Source of the DNA: Eledone cirrhosa
Taxonomy: Eukaryota
NCBI GenBank assembly: GCA_964016885.1
Contig: OZ024745.1
Span: 38,316,001-38,380,000 of the forward strand
Length of the DNA stretch: 64,000 nucleotides
Reading direction: 5' to 3'
The stretch's first letter is position 1; each line of letters begins with the position of its first letter. Shown here one piece after another: positions 13,236-29,007 of this stretch. The notes below the pieces were generated by a model. The model was not told where the DNA came from, did not search any database, and saw only the letters and a program-made list of their open reading frames with translations. Made by a program: the position numbers and the translations under genes.

Positions 13236-14267
13236 ACCGAATGATTCTCGGCTTCAGAGTTAAGAATAAAGTAAATAAAATACAGAGGTAATTGAAATTA
13301 AATAAATACATACATGCATCCATATACGTACATACACAAGCATACGCGAAAACACTCGCCATAGGTATACAAAAACACGTAGATATAAATATGTGTGTGT
13401 GTATGCGTGTATACAAATAATTAAATAAACGTATATAAATAAATAAATAGGTATATAACAAGCGCACACGCATACCTATATGAAAATACACATATGTTCG
13501 GAGACCTACTTCATCCAAAACACGAAGTACAGATATACACACACCATACATACGTACGAACCCGCATACTCACACAGACGCAAAACTCATGTATACACAT
13601 AACCAAAAGCATATGTACCAGAATATATAAAATATACGCCATAACATATACAATCATATATATGTACGTGATAGTATACGTACCTTCACAAAACATACAG
13701 GTAATATATAGTTACCTATACAAATAAGTATAAACATAACATATACTTAGCTACCACATCAAGACGTAAAATATCCGCGTATAGATCGTACTATCCGTTA
13801 GGCTATAGTGTGGGGCTGTAATACAGGAAAGTTTTGTGCAATTTATGTTTCCAAGCCGAAATTGCCTCAGATTGTTTGTTTAAGAAGTGGTCTGTGGCGT
13901 AAAGTATTCCCAGGGCCTCTGAGGCGCAGAGGTCATATGGTCTTTTATTTCCGTTATACATACATACATATACACATATATATACATATACATAAATATG
14001 TTACCAAGTTTCTCATTATATATATATACATACATATATATGCAACTACGTTTCTCATTTGTTTTAAATCGAACATAAATACACACTTATTAATCAGATT
14101 GGAATAATGACGATTTCGGTTAAACATGAATGTTATGGCTATAATCCATATCAGACACCAAAACTATGCTAGTCATAGATGGGATACATGGCACATAGGC
14201 TTCTTTGCTCCTTTCTCCCGGTAAACGAGACAACGACCCGCATCAATTAATACATTATATATTCAAT

Positions 14268-14422
14268 CGGCGGGATTTGAACTCAGATTACGTCCCTTTA
14301 CGATCTGAGTTCAAATCCCGCCGAGGTTGACTTTGCCTTTCATCCTTACGGGGTCGATAAAATAAAGTACCAGTAATGCACTGGGTAATTGCTGGCCTTG
14401 TGCCTAAAGTAGAAACAATTAT
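14268..14422 (+). mobile_element. SINE, 5'-truncated, with a short 5' inversion
   Basis: ggcgggatttgaactcagat (inverted B-box segment) is followed by the forward SINE body. Confidence 0.85.
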
Positions 14423-15310
14423 ATATTCAATCGACATCACACATTAGCTGTCACATTATTTGGTATCTATATAACAAGATAAATCATCACCAACTACATT
14501 GCCTAATTAACCTAGATCCACACACATGCACTCATGCACAAATATGTTAATATGTATAATTAGATATATGAATTAGGTCATGTGAATGTTTAAATAATGT
14601 ACGGTTTTCTTTGTAAATTTACTTTCATATTTGTTTGAAGCTGATTAATTTAAACATGTATAAAATTAGAACTGTATTAAAGTGCTTGTATAAAATAACC
14701 TATACTATGATAGATTATTCATATCCACTTTCAACTGAAGTATGAAAAGCTGTTAATACTTCGAATAAACACACATATACAAACACTCGCGCATATATAT
14801 ATATTTTTTTTTCGAATATATATATACATATATAAATGAAGTAATTCCGTTCGGAAAAGTCCAGGAAAAAAGAGTGCTCTATGTTGGTAACAGAGCTTAA
14901 TTATATATATACATATATATATATAAATATGTATGCAGGCATACATGTCTGTATATATAAATATATAAATATACATATATATACGTATTTATATACATAT
15001 ATACATACACACACACACATATATATATATATATTTATTTTTATATTAATATTTATATATATATATATATTATATATATAAATATTGAATATTGAGTTGT
15101 GCATTTTGATTTATAATGTTGAGCTTTAGTAACTTGCAAGAAATATTTTTAGTTCAGGCATTGAATATTACATTTATGCATGTTCAACATATTATTTTCA
15201 TTCCGGCAGTTTATCAATTTGAAAGGCTAATCTTGAATCTGTTTCGAAAATATGATCTAATAATGGAACGAGTGAGATATATGCATATCATATATTCTTA
15301 CACAAGATCC

Positions 15311-15389
<79 letters not shown>

Positions 15390-15754
15390 GGTGCAGATTA
15401 CATGTAATGTCAGGAAACATTGTAAAATTGATAATAATTTCTATAGTGCAGCAGTTGTAAATATTTTTTGTCTACTTTCTAGGAATGCAATCTATCAAAA
15501 TTTCTATTCAAGAACTCTGTAACGAACCTACGAACGTGACAAAATAGTAAAGATTGAATAGAAAAATATTTAAAGGATTTCTGATGAAATAGTTATTAGT
15601 CTATATATCTATCTATCTATCTATCTATATGTGTTTTTTTTTTTCGAGTGCTTTGCTAACCCATTCATATCGTAGGTCGAATTTGCTTGCACACCGCCAA
15701 AGATTCGATTTTATTAAGCCTCCAATTATATATATATATGTGTGTGTGTGTGTG

Positions 15755-15792
<38 letters not shown>

Positions 15793-15815
15793 TGGAATTG
15801 TTTCTCCTTTCTTTT

Positions 15816-15930
<115 letters not shown>

Positions 15931-16299
15931 ACGATGAAGATATGTTTACATACTAATATTAGTTACGTACGTTTCACAGTTGATTGACTCAAGATCATCT
16001 ATGAAAAATATGAATCCCCCTCCAGCATGAATCTGCTCTTCAAATTTGAGGATTCAAAAAAGGAAAAAACGAGTATGATTGAGTTGATCGGCAACGTATT
16101 TTTTGCATAGGTCAGTGTGTATGAAAGTGTATGTGTGCGTAGGTATATCCACACTACCTCTGCATCGAATGCTCATAATTTTACATACGTGAGCCCTAGT
16201 AGACAGCTGAAGAATGGAACATGTCTACTTCTTGTATGTGTTCCGTTAATTTTCTAACACTCGTTATCAGTAACCACGGAACCTCGTTCCTCTCAGTCC

Positions 16300-16345
<46 letters not shown>

Positions 16346-16353
<8 letters not shown>

Positions 16354-16626
16354 TAAAATAACAGATTAAAGTTTAAGCAAAGAATCGCTGCTTTCACCCT
16401 TAACGGGATCTTCTGAAACTAACAAAGTCAATCTGTAAACGCAGAACTGGATATTTAAAAAAACGTTGCAACCGGAGGAAGACAGGAAGACGATACTTTG
16501 GTTCGTGGTAACGTTCGCTGAAAAAAGAACGGGAAAAAACGAATAATACGTCATTAATAGGAGCGGTGAAAAACAATTACGCGCAACGAGCCCTCTTTGG
16601 ATTTTAGTCTTCAATTTTATTATTAT

Positions 16627-16630
<4 letters not shown>
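16346..16630 (-). mobile_element. Family B element (inverted arm plus forward 3' tail) between (TA)n tracts
   Basis: Matches 12617-12830, then switches to the tail cgagccctctttggattttagtcttc..attattac also seen at 28449-28492. Confidence 0.8.
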
Positions 16631-16713
<83 letters not shown>

Positions 16714-17413
16714 CAAGCAGCACACCCACTATCTCTCTCTCTCTCTCGCAATGTATATATTTTACTACCCAGAGATTTACACATCTCCATTGCAGTGGCA
16801 GTAGGAAGAAGGAAGAGAAATGTAGAAACATTAAAAAGTGACAGAGATGGAGGTACCTTGGAACAGATTTATTCGCCCTTATATTTCGAATTTCACATCA
16901 CTCTTCGGCGGGTTTCCGAAGGGAAATAAATTTGTCGGGACAGGAAACTACTTGGCCCTTTGTAACTACCGTCGTTGACGGACTGGTTGAAAGTCAAAAA
17001 ATATTCTCTCTTGTGAACCTAAAATACGAAATATATGAAACACTAAATAAAGAATATTAAAAAGGAAATAAACACAATAAAAGAAACAGTCATCGGAAAC
17101 TATAATATTTCTTATTCTAATGAACTGAAGTAGAGTTTTGTTTAGATAATAAAAATATCTACTGTTATTGCACTAACTTTCCGATGTAGACTACGTAGGT
17201 TTTGATCAGGGCGATAGTAACATCTTACGTCTCGTCCTGACGAATGATTTGGCAAACAATAATACTGTGTTACATTCAATTATGTTCTTAGTACTACTCC
17301 AACTACTTGATCGATCCTACTTAATAAATCTACGTTTGAATTTCTTGCAAAAAAATTATATCGGAAGAAAAAATAAATTGAAAAAATATATAACCTGACC
17401 GGCTCTCCGTTTT

Positions 17414-17484
<71 letters not shown>

Positions 17485-17646
17485 TTAGGTGAAGGAGACA
17501 ACGATCTTTTATTCAAGTGTTATCTCATCAACAATTCTTATAACTGAGGTAGCAACAGTAATACCTATCACGATACAGTTTTCATTTGGTCTCCAAATAT
17601 AGATGCACACCCGCGTGCACTGAAAAGTACACACACACACACACAT

Positions 17647-17713
<67 letters not shown>

Positions 17714-17816
17714 AGAAAAGTATAATATATATATATATATATAAACCTAGGAAAATCAACAGAAGGAGGACAGAAAACGGGCGAAAACAAGGCAAAACGA
17801 AAAACATTACTTTAAA

Positions 17817-18009
17817 GGGCGGTGGATTGGCAGTATCGGTAGAGGGTCAGACGCCATGCTTTGCAGCAAAGAGTTACGGCCCTTTATGGTCTCAGTTCAA
17901 ATCCCGCCAATGTTAACTTTGCCTTTCATCCATACGGGATCGATAAAATAAAGTACCAGTAATGTACTGAGTAATTGCTGGCCTTGTGCCAAAAGTAGAA
18001 ACAATTATT
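17817..18009 (+). mobile_element. tRNA-derived SINE, full length
   Basis: Same family as 58567-58758, flanked by a tttaaag duplication. Confidence 0.9.
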
Positions 18010-18361
18010 TTAAAGAGGAAACATTAAAACACTATTTTTTGAAAATAAAAATACAGACTGAAAGACATAGAACTTCAGGGTCATTGGCGATTGAGATTGG
18101 CAGTTTCGATCCCAACCAACACACTGTTGGTTCACTTGCGGTCACAACGTCTGAAACAAGTCAAAGCGCTGACCTATGAATTAGGAGATGCGACAAACAG
18201 CAGTTTTATAATAGAATTTCGTGAGGACAAGCGAAAGGTACTGTGCAAACTCTCTCTATACATATCACATATTGGTATCTATCTATCTATTCAGGTGTCT
18301 TTGTATTTATCTATCTGTTTATCTGCCTCACTCTCTCCAAGACTCACCGCCTCTCTATTTA

Positions 18362-18485
<124 letters not shown>

Positions 18486-20632
18486 GATTGCATGCCCCGA
18501 ATTTTCATTTCATTTAGAGATCGATAAATATAAAATAATCCAGTGTGGGTGATATTTTTTCAGGCGGATCGCGACCTTGCTATTCGTATGGCTCTGAGCA
18601 TTCTGTGCTTGAATCTCACTTTTTGCCAGACTCCTATACACTGTACAGCATACAGGAGTACACACTCCACCTACACACTCACAGTCACACAGATGCAAAT
18701 AGAAACATTCACACAGTAACATAATATACTAATGCTGATCAAGAAGCAATAAAGTATAATTTAAATACACACATTTACCTAGTGTTCCAACACAACCACA
18801 AATAGAGCCACACTTTTAATAATGTCTCGCATAGATGCTCATATTTTCGCCAGCTATAGAAGTACTTGGCTTTTTTTCTTGTGACCTGGGGATAATGCTA
18901 CTGAAGTGATTCAGACACCTTATACATTTTCGTATTTTCCCTTTCTTTCTTTTCTTTCTTTCTTTTCTTTTCTTTTCATTCATTATTTTTTTCTTCCAAA
19001 GATGTAATTTCGCCCGAATCGTTAAAACATGCTTAGTTCCCTGAGCCTTAACCTAATAACAATGTTTTTGTTTTACCTACACACCTACTTACTTAACTAC
19101 TTTCTTATTTGTCGGTCTTTTTGTATGGCTATATATACGCATCTATGTCTATGTATGCTTGTGTGAAGATGCGTGTCGTAGTTGCTACGTTGATCGATTC
19201 CCGAAGTCGCGTTGTGCACTTGAGCAAGAACATTTATTTCACGTTCCTCCTGCTGCTAGGTTAGCTAGCAAAAGTGGTTTACGTGTAATTCAAATGGCTA
19301 GACATGTCACACATTCCTACGTTAAATTTCACTAAGAACAGGATCTGCGCATCGCCTTGCTTGTTAATTTCAGGAGGAACAACATATCGTCTGAAATCAA
19401 GAAATCATCAGTAGAAAGTTCATATGTCCGTTATCATTTTCCGTAAATTAACCGGAGTTGCTCTACCTCTCTCCATAATACTCCTCCACTTCATAAAATG
19501 GTCCCAGCACCCCCCTCCCCCCACACACATGCGCACACATACTCATTATGCGACACTCCTTACGCACTAACACAAACCGAATTAAAAAATATGGATATGA
19601 CCACAGAGCGCATCAGTCTGATCTTAGAGCTGAGGTCTACGTTTTTTCTCTTTCCAGATACGGTTAAGTTTTGTAAGTGCTGCGGTGGTCTGGGCAGAAC
19701 TGTCGAGTACTTCGGGTTTAGAGCCTGCCAAATATACCCCCCACATATGCGTGGCTACATTGATTCTCCAATAAACAAACAGTGAATAATCAAAAATTTA
19801 GTATTAGAGATAGGAAAATAAATGTAGATGCATTCGTGTCCAATTTCATACTTTCCTATTTAAGAAAAACGATGAATTGCCGTATTTTGCCTGAATTACG
19901 TAGGTCGTTGAATAGATACAATTTAGTGGAGACGTGAGAGAAAATGAAGCTCTTTCCATCACTGTTAAGAAATACATTATTTTCAACAACACACATTTTT
20001 TGGTTAATCCAACATCAAAATATTGGTCATCATAATAATTCTGCGTTATCACACTTTTAATAGTTCCACAATATTATGCATGTATACCCCTAGCTTGTGC
20101 GTATAGATGTGTGTACATGTGTGCTTATAAACACACACACACACGCACAGACGCATATATATATATATATATATATAGGAATGTTTATATATATATATAA
20201 ACACATACATATACGCTCACAGACCCAAGCACACGCACACACATACATATATGTGAGTATATATATACGTACATATATATATGCATGTATATATATGTAT
20301 GCATATTCAAAAATATACATATGTTATTACACGTACATTGGTAACCTTTTATCAAATTACACGAACATTTTCCTAAACTACGATATTGTGATAAATTTTC
20401 TGTATCATGGAACACATCTGGACTTATAGAATAACATTCGTTATCTAAATGTCCATTAGGCTTGATGTCAAGCATAGCTTACAAAAGCAAACACATCCAA
20501 CACTACTCAGTGACTATTGTAAAGTAGTCTTTTGTGATTGAAAGACTTCTTGAATAGTAATTAATATATATTTACTCTCTGAACAGACTATAACATCACT
20601 GAAGAAGAAAACATTCTGTATAATATATGTAG

Positions 20633-20664
<32 letters not shown>

Positions 20665-20677
<13 letters not shown>

Positions 20678-20740
20678 TATGTATACGTACATACATATAT
20701 GCATACAGACGTACAGTAGTATGTATATATATACATACAT

Positions 20741-20785
<45 letters not shown>

Positions 20786-21295
20786 TATGGATTCAGCGAA
20801 CATTTATTATAATGCTCGGTTTGTTTGTAAACAAACATCCCGAATTAAGCCGTACAGTGTCTAGCAACAATCGTTGCCCTTTTGTTATACACTGACAAAG
20901 GAACGATATACTAGTTTCAAGCTTATTAGCTATCGTCAGCACCGTATACCTGTCTGCCAGATGATTGAACGTCTGAAAGTATATACTTTGCTTATGCATA
21001 TTAACGGCTGAGCAGCCTAATTTGCATATCGAGTGAGTTAATCGGCAGGGCGCACCGAAAACGATAAACGGAAAAAATGAAACGAAATTTCATTTCTCAC
21101 TCTTAGTACGGCTGTTACTTAAATATAAGTATGTATACGTACATACCTATATGTATACAGACGTACAATACATATATATATATACAGTACTATTGTACGT
21201 CTGTATACATATATGTATGTACGTATACATACTTATATTTAAGTAACAGCCGTACTAAATGTGAGAAATGAAATAACGTTTCATTTTTTCCATTT
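20665..21295. mobile_element. Family D non-coding element with nested inversions
   Basis: 20790-20980 matches the arms of 29008-29362. 21070-21175 and 21190-21295 are inverted copies of the family tail, which is also present at 50930-51035. Confidence 0.72.
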
Positions 21296-21296
21296 G

Positions 21297-21328
<32 letters not shown>

Positions 21329-21397
21329 AATATACATACATAAGTATATATACATATGATGTCCTGGGATTTCCCATTTCTCATATATACACACACA

Positions 21398-21448
<51 letters not shown>

Positions 21449-21504
21449 ACACACACACACACACAGACACACACACACACACACGCACATATATATATAT
21501 ATAA

Positions 21505-21585
<81 letters not shown>

Positions 21586-21599
21586 TATGTTAAAGGCAT

Positions 21600-22210
21600 A
21601 AATCTTCAAATCATACTTGCATCGAAATGCCAAATTTGTATCAAACTGGAAGCTCACACTGCAAGCCACGAACTCGCCAGATTCGCTGAAATATTGACGG
21701 TACTACGCATTTCGGAAACCGCTCAAAGAATGCGCCACACGCATACACAGATTAACGGCTTGTTGAAAGAGACAGTAAGATTACAACATTACGCAGCAAC
21801 CAATGATCACACAAACACACAACCATTTACATGTCAGAACTTAAATTTGATGAAACACCAATAAAATCTTCCACGTCCTCACGTCTGTCTTTGAATAATG
21901 TGTACCCCTCGAAATCCCGGGAGCGCGAGCCCGTCTCATACCCGTACATTTGACGCACTATTACGAATGCTTGTGACGGAATTTTCTTCAACCGGATCAT
22001 AAATTTCAGTTTTATTCGTTGATCTTTACCCATCTCCCGATGCTGAAAAATTGGGGCGATGTTAAAAAAACACTTAAAAGTACGTACAATGGCTGCTGAC
22101 ATCTGATATCGAAGTTATATACTCCTCGGATATTTCGACTCACGTTTATGCAATTCGCTAATCCCTATTCCTATCATAGCTCACAAAGCACACTATTTAC
22201 TTCTACGTTT
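21600..22210 (-). mobile_element. Internally deleted mariner (Tc1/mariner) relic
   Basis: Minus strand 21866-22033 encodes QRIKLKFMIRLKKIPSQAFVIVRQMYGYETGSRSRDFEGYTLFKDRREDVED, resembling the N-terminal HTH of mariner transposases. Ends are uncertain. Confidence 0.72.
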
Positions 22211-22636
22211 TTATATATCTCGTATATATATGTTTTTGTCGAAAACATATCCTATTTTTATTGTATTTAACAATTTGCTATTACTTAGTATAAATCATAG
22301 GAATCAACTAAGTTTAATTAAAATCCCAAACGATCGGTACAATATCAATTTAAATCATTCAAGGACAAAATAAAATGGGTGTCAGATGTATTAAAATAAT
22401 TAAAAAATCATGTAAAAGAGCACTAACTTTCCAGTTATGTATTGTGAATATTAATTAAACTATAATGTTTCCTGTGGTTTGTGCTAACTAATAGTAAATT
22501 CTTAAATGAAATAACTTGCAATTCGTAGTACATTCTTATGGGAAGAAACAAGTATCATCGGTTAAATGGTTTGCACTATTAAATTTAGTTTATAACCGCA
22601 TTGTAATTATATATACATATATATATATATAGACAT

Positions 22637-22727
<91 letters not shown>

Positions 22728-23310
22728 TGGATACAACGGCAGTATATGAACACATGTACAACACGGATATATATTGAAAATATGCATTTATGTTGATGTA
22801 AATATTTCATGCTATAATCATTTCATCAGGATGAAAGGCAACGTCATATTACAGATTTTCTAAACCAATTATTGATGAAATCTTATTTACATTTTATGTG
22901 ACATTGATATGATGCCTCCCTGTTTCATTATATTCAGTCTTACTTCCACGTTTTGAAAGCAGACTACGGGATACTTGTATAACATGGTATCCAGTTGCAT
23001 CGAACCAGGGATTACGAACTGAATTCTTAACCATCAATCCATACTTCTTCCAACCAGACACATACACATATACACACGTCTTTACATAAACACATATACA
23101 AACTCAGATGTAGCTGACTGTATGATTACTTACAGAAACTAATCCATCCATCTGGCCCTTCCTTTTTCGTCTATACATACTTATACACACACAAACACAA
23201 ACACACACACACACACACAAATATATATATATGTGCATGCATACACATACATAAATATGTACATGCGTACATAACATACATACCTACGTACATAACATAC
23301 GTACATATGT

Positions 23311-23399
<89 letters not shown>

Positions 23400-23745
23400 C
23401 ATATATATACATACATACATGCATACATATATACATACATAACAAATATATACACATGCATAGCATAATTTAACGCATTCCTAATCTGTTGTACGTGTAT
23501 GTGTGCCAAATATACGAAGCAAGAAAATCATACGCTGCCTGAATCTGGAGTTACCGAGTTATATTTCTTAATGCCACCAGCTTGTTCAGTAGACTGCGAA
23601 GAAGATATCTACACAGAGCAGCAAACTATAAAATAATGCTTCGTTTGTTTAATTCAACCAAAACCTAACACGCCCCAGCCACTATATACTGGCAAGAATG
23701 TTGAGTAAGAAAAATAAAACAACAACAACAAATGCAACAATAATG

Positions 23746-23825
<80 letters not shown>

Positions 23826-24182
23826 AACAACAACAACAGCAGCAGCAACAAAAACAGAAAAAACAATAGTCTGGACGGTCCAGTGTTTCAAGTTGGGGAA
23901 CCTGAGAAATTATTATTTGTAAACAAAGACGGAATAGTATTTATTTTCACATTACTAAACTCTAGTTTTATTGTAAAGAATTTGAAATATTTTATCGCGA
24001 CTGAACTAGTAAAATAACCCATTGTTTGTCGGAAATATTATATTAGAGAAATACAATTAAATCTGTAGTTCAAGTACTTGGATACACACATACACTAACA
24101 TATACTCAAACACATACACACATATATCTATCGCTATATATGTAGACATTTTCATACATACACGCATACACATATATATTTA

Positions 24183-24268
<86 letters not shown>

Positions 24269-24396
24269 CAAAAGTTTATTTAAAATTGTTGGGTTACAAC
24301 AAGTAAATATTTTATAACTGATATAAAGCACTCGACAAGTTTTGGAGTAGATATACGATATTAAACAAATGGAAACTATATTTATAAAACCATATT

Positions 24397-24462
24397 TATT
24401 TCATTATACATATTTCGGGGATACCATATTAAAAATATGGCATGCCTTCTTCAGATAAAATA
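24397..24462 (-). ncRNA. Type I hammerhead ribozyme motif
   Basis: TATTTTAT-CTGAAGA-stem II hairpin-GAAA-TATGTA-TA^-ATGAAATA, with an 8-bp stem I. Confidence 0.7.
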
Positions 24463-24760
24463 CAATATTTAAACAGTTTTATAAATAATTTTGACGTACC
24501 ATAAATATTGAGCAACCGTTATGTAGGAAGCCGGTTTGGTAGTGAGATGCTTATAAATATTTAGTGTTAAGCACAGTTAAAAAGAAAGACGGAGAAAAAG
24601 AAGAAATGTATGTAAAGAAAAACAGAGAGAAATAGAGAGAGATAGGGGAGAGAGAAATAGTGAGGAGGTGAAAAAAGAGAGGCAGCTGAAGGCTTCCTAC
24701 ATAACGGTTGTTCAATATTTATGGTACGTCAAAATTATTTATAAAACTGTTTATATATTG

Positions 24761-24826
24761 TATTTTATCTGAAGAAGCCATGCCATATTTTTAATATGGT
24801 ATCACCGAAATATGTATAATGAAATA
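24761..24826 (+). ncRNA. Type I hammerhead ribozyme motif
   Basis: Stem I 24761-24768 pairs with 24819-24826; CTGAAGA at 24769; stem II GCCATATT/AATATGGT; GAAA at 24807; predicted cut after 24818. Confidence 0.7.
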
Positions 24827-24865
24827 AATATGGTTTTATAAATATAGTTTCCATTTGTTTAATAT

Positions 24866-24947
<82 letters not shown>

Positions 24948-25299
24948 TAAAAGATTAAAGTTTAAGCAAAGAATCGCTGCTTTCACCCTTAACGGGATCT
25001 TCTGAAACTGACAAAGTCAATCTGTGAACGCTGAAGTGAATATTTCAAAAAACGTTGCAACCGGAGGAAGACAGGAAGACGAATTATTTATTTATCTATT
25101 TATCTCTCTATATATATCTTTCTTTGCTTCTTTCTTTGTCTCTTCATTTCCCTCTATTTGCCTCATGTGTCTAACAATTACCCTAAACGCTGTTCTTCAT
25201 TGAGCTGTGATTACTTGATTTTGACTCTTAAATATGCTATTGACCTATTGTTTGCTTACAAGCAGTTGCTATGATTATATTCCCAGCTGCTTTTGTACA

Positions 25300-26277
25300 T
25301 TCTGGACTGGAAGAAGGGATATAATTGTGTCCGAGGTAGCTGACGAACACTATATTTTTTTGTCCCGGCCGCAACAGTCAACCGCCAAGAAAATTGTCAT
25401 ACTTCGACAGGTCGGAGATATCGTGGGATTATTGTCACGTGATTTGTAGACCCTGAAAACATATATTATCATGATCTAGGTGACCTATTGTATTTGTGAT
25501 CGGAAAAATGATGCTAATTCGAAAACATTCAGTGTTGGTGTCGGACTATACCATCGGTTTCTACTAATACCTCTCTTGCTAATAATCCTCTGTAACAGGA
25601 TTGACATGTGCGACCAGGTTGAAAATCATGTGAAAATTGTCGGATGTAGGATTAGTCACCTGGAATGTACAGATGCCATGGTATTACAGAACACGCCAGA
25701 AGGTAATCTCCGACATGTATTGTGATAGGATGGCTACTGAGTGTTGCACGGAAGGAATGACAATCAGTACTGGAGAAACTGAGATACCTATATTCTCAAT
25801 GAATCCTACACCCTTTAAGTTGCTATTTGTGCCATATCTTACCTATGGTCATGCGACATGAGTAATGACCCAAAGTATACGATGACAAATGGAATCGGCC
25901 AAAATGGTGTTTCTCTGAAAAGGTTTTGAAGTAAAGTTACACGAAAGCAATCGTAACATTGGCATTGGAGAGTCGCTCTAGAGAGAGCTGCATGTTTCCC
26001 GAATTGAAAGATCACCGCTGCGATACTTCGAACTAGTGTTTAGAATGTCTAGAAAATGAATTGCTGGAGATATTTTATACGGCAAAACCAACCGGCAACA
26101 AAGCAAGAGGTAAACCACAAGCAAGATTGGTTCGATAACATCAATATGCTTGGTTAGTCTCACAGGCAGTTGCTCCTGCCTGGACCCACTTGAAGGATTG
26201 CTTTAGGTCTCTGTCCCGTTGAATTTCGCAAGAAGAAGAAGAAGAAGAAGAAGAAGAAGAAGAAGAAGAAGAAGAAG
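25300..26277 (+). mobile_element. Decayed RTE-clade LINE 3' fragment with (GAA)n tail
   Basis: FVPYLTYGHAT*VMT resembles the RTE C-terminal motif PTLTYGHExWVMT. RT remnants lie upstream and (GAA)n occupies ~26230-26277. Confidence 0.65.
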
Positions 26278-27059
26278 GGCTACGTTTACCACTTTTTTGC
26301 TTCAACTAAGCTCCTGGTATACTTGTATTTGTGTTGGTGTGAAATTGTTGGTTTTGTTAAGAGATACTGTTGTCGTTTTTTTTTATATTTTCCTATTCTT
26401 TTTAAATTTGCAAATATTTATTGTGTTATAGATTACTTAGTTACAGAGAGTTCCTTTTCTTTTATGTTATATTTCTTTGATATTTTTTATTTATTACTTG
26501 TTTCTTAACTTTGTTGTTTTCTTTTGTATATCATTTAAAATTGATGTTTGTATGTTGGTTTGTTTTTTCTATATTCTTTAGTGCACCATTTTTTTCTAAC
26601 AATAGGTGCTACATATATTTTGTTGTTTAGCCTTGTACTACAAATGCTTCGGCTTGTTTTAATTAATTCTATGATAGCAAGTTTATTATGTTGTATAATT
26701 GATGTTAGCTATTCTTTGATTGTTACCTTTCGCATGTGTATTCTTAGGTTTACATTTATGTATATCTTCCTCCTTGTACGTTCTACAATTTATAGTTTTG
26801 ATTGTGTTGTACTGAAACTGTTTTTGTTTGTCGGTATTGTGTATGCAGTTTAGGATTGAGATTTGTTGAGGGTGGTTTTTAGTTGATCTATTTCTACTAT
26901 GTTGGTTCATTCTTCAGGTTTTAAAAGGTAGATATGTATTTGTATTTAATCGATTATAGTCTAACAAGAATAGAATATTCCTTTTAGTCTAACGAAATTG
27001 GCGTAATTGAGTTAAAATCCTTTGTTCTTTATATATAAGGTAAATTTTAAATAAATATA

Positions 27060-27096
<37 letters not shown>

Positions 27097-28168
27097 ATGG
27101 GTGTGTCGGGTCTCTCTTGAGTGCTACTGGTAACAGGTAACCCAGTACAACCTGTCACAAGTTTTCTTGGTGAGGAGAGTGATTTTGGACAACCTGCAGG
27201 ACAAAAAACAAAACCTGACAAAGGGCGGGAGAATTCATGAGTCAACGGCCTTCCAAACGTGTGTAAATATGTATATACACATGTACGTATGTATGTATAT
27301 GTATGTGTATATACGTGGGTGCATTTGTATGTATATGTGTATATACATGGGTGCCTGTGTATGTATGTGTATGTATATGCGCGGGGATATAGAAATAGTC
27401 TGGCTGGACAACCGATCGCGCGGTTAAACCACTGGGAGAGAAGGACACCTAGCCTTTGTCAGGGTATTCTTCTAGGAAAGGCAACTCGGGTAACTGGGAT
27501 AACTCCGATATAAAACATGCGGCTCAGTAGTTACCGACGATGTTGGTCTTTTCTTCTTTTCGCGTTATAGCTACTGTCTCTCAGAGAGTGGGATTGGCTC
27601 AGTGCACAGTCTTTCCTCACTTTAAAAAACATCTTCACGCAAAAGCATTGCACGATAAAATTAATTAATAATTATTAATAATGGTATATCGTGCAACGGC
27701 GATACTCGATAACGAGGGGGCAGCCATCATATATATATATATTCTGCGAGATTATAGCAGTGCCGTGATTGTAAATGTACACATTCGATGGCATCCGAAT
27801 TGTTTTCTATCCATCGTGCTGTCGACAATAAAATGACATTGGGTTTAAGATTTTTATTTGAAATTATATGGTCGAAGTATGCATTCGTTTAAACTTGTTT
27901 ATATATACACGAGTTTGGATCTAGTTGTCGAAACGACAGGAGCTCAGCCGTCGGGATCCCGAATTTGTATATTGCCCACTCTACTAACCCAGGTATCGAG
28001 TACGCTCGTGAGTAATCGTCTAACTGCTTTTTACCGCTTCCATTCTGACACTGGGGTCCTGACTCTTTTCCTATTACCCACTCTACTACCCTAATTATCG
28101 AGTACTCTAGTAGGTTATAGTCCACCTGGTTCCTTTCCACACTTCCTTCGTTATATACATACAGACAC

Positions 28169-28242
<74 letters not shown>

Positions 28243-28248
<6 letters not shown>

Positions 28249-28495
28249 TAAAATAACAGATTAAAGTTTAAGAAAAGAATCGCTGCTTTCACCCTTAACG
28301 GAATCTTCTGAAACTAGCGAAAACTGGGTTAGTTTCAGAAGATCCCGTTAAGGGTGAAAGTAGCGATTCTTTGCTTAAACTTTAATCTGTTATTTTAATA
28401 AATATTTTCTCTACGGTTCTTATATATTTGATATATATTTATCCTTATCGAGCCCTCTTTGAATTTTAGTCTTCAAATTTATTATTATTACTATA
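28243..28495. mobile_element. Family B palindromic dimer plus 3' tail
   Basis: Arms ~28243-28317 and ~28329-28403 are near-perfect reverse complements; the tail ends attattac-(TA)n. Confidence 0.88.
28331..28381 (+). ncRNA. Hammerhead-like fold with CAGAAGA core
   Basis: AGTTT-CAGAAGA-TCCC/GGGT-GAAA-stem III-TT^-AAACT. The same motif is on the minus strand at 12640-12690, 16370-16420, 24959-25009 and 28265-28315. Confidence 0.5.
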
Positions 28496-28855
28496 TATAT
28501 ATATGTGTGTGTACTCGATAATTAGGGTAGTAGAGTGGGTAATAGGAAAAGAGTCAGGACCCCGACGGCTGAGCTCCGGCCGTTTCGACAGCTAGACCTG
28601 AACTCTGGTCAGTAATTTATTCCATTTCTTCACCCATTCGCCCACTTTTTCCTGAGTGTGACGTGGGGCAGAGCCCTCAAAAGCTCCTTCCATCTGGCCC
28701 TGTCACAAACAAACCTTTCCAACTCTCTTGCTGCCCATAGTATAGGTACTGTGATTTCTCAACCATGAAAAGTAGCGACTCAACCTGGTTACTGGTTTCA
28801 AGAACTTTTCGGAGAAATCGTATTTCGGCCGCTTGTTTTAGTAGCTGGCTTTAAG

Positions 28856-28996
<141 letters not shown>

Positions 28997-29007
28997 CGTA
29001 TGTATTT

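Larger units (their letters stand above)
24266..24870. mobile_element. Family C fold-back pLTR-like element between (TA)n tracts
   Basis: Inverted arms ~24350-24532 and ~24690-24870, with an extra ~85-bp tail on the left. A second family member lies at 34343-34822. Confidence 0.88.

Noticed and set aside
19180-19420. tRNA genes at B-box-like motifs (also ~25, 18100, 23000, 42405)
   Set aside because: No cloverleaf can be formed; more likely eroded SINE heads.
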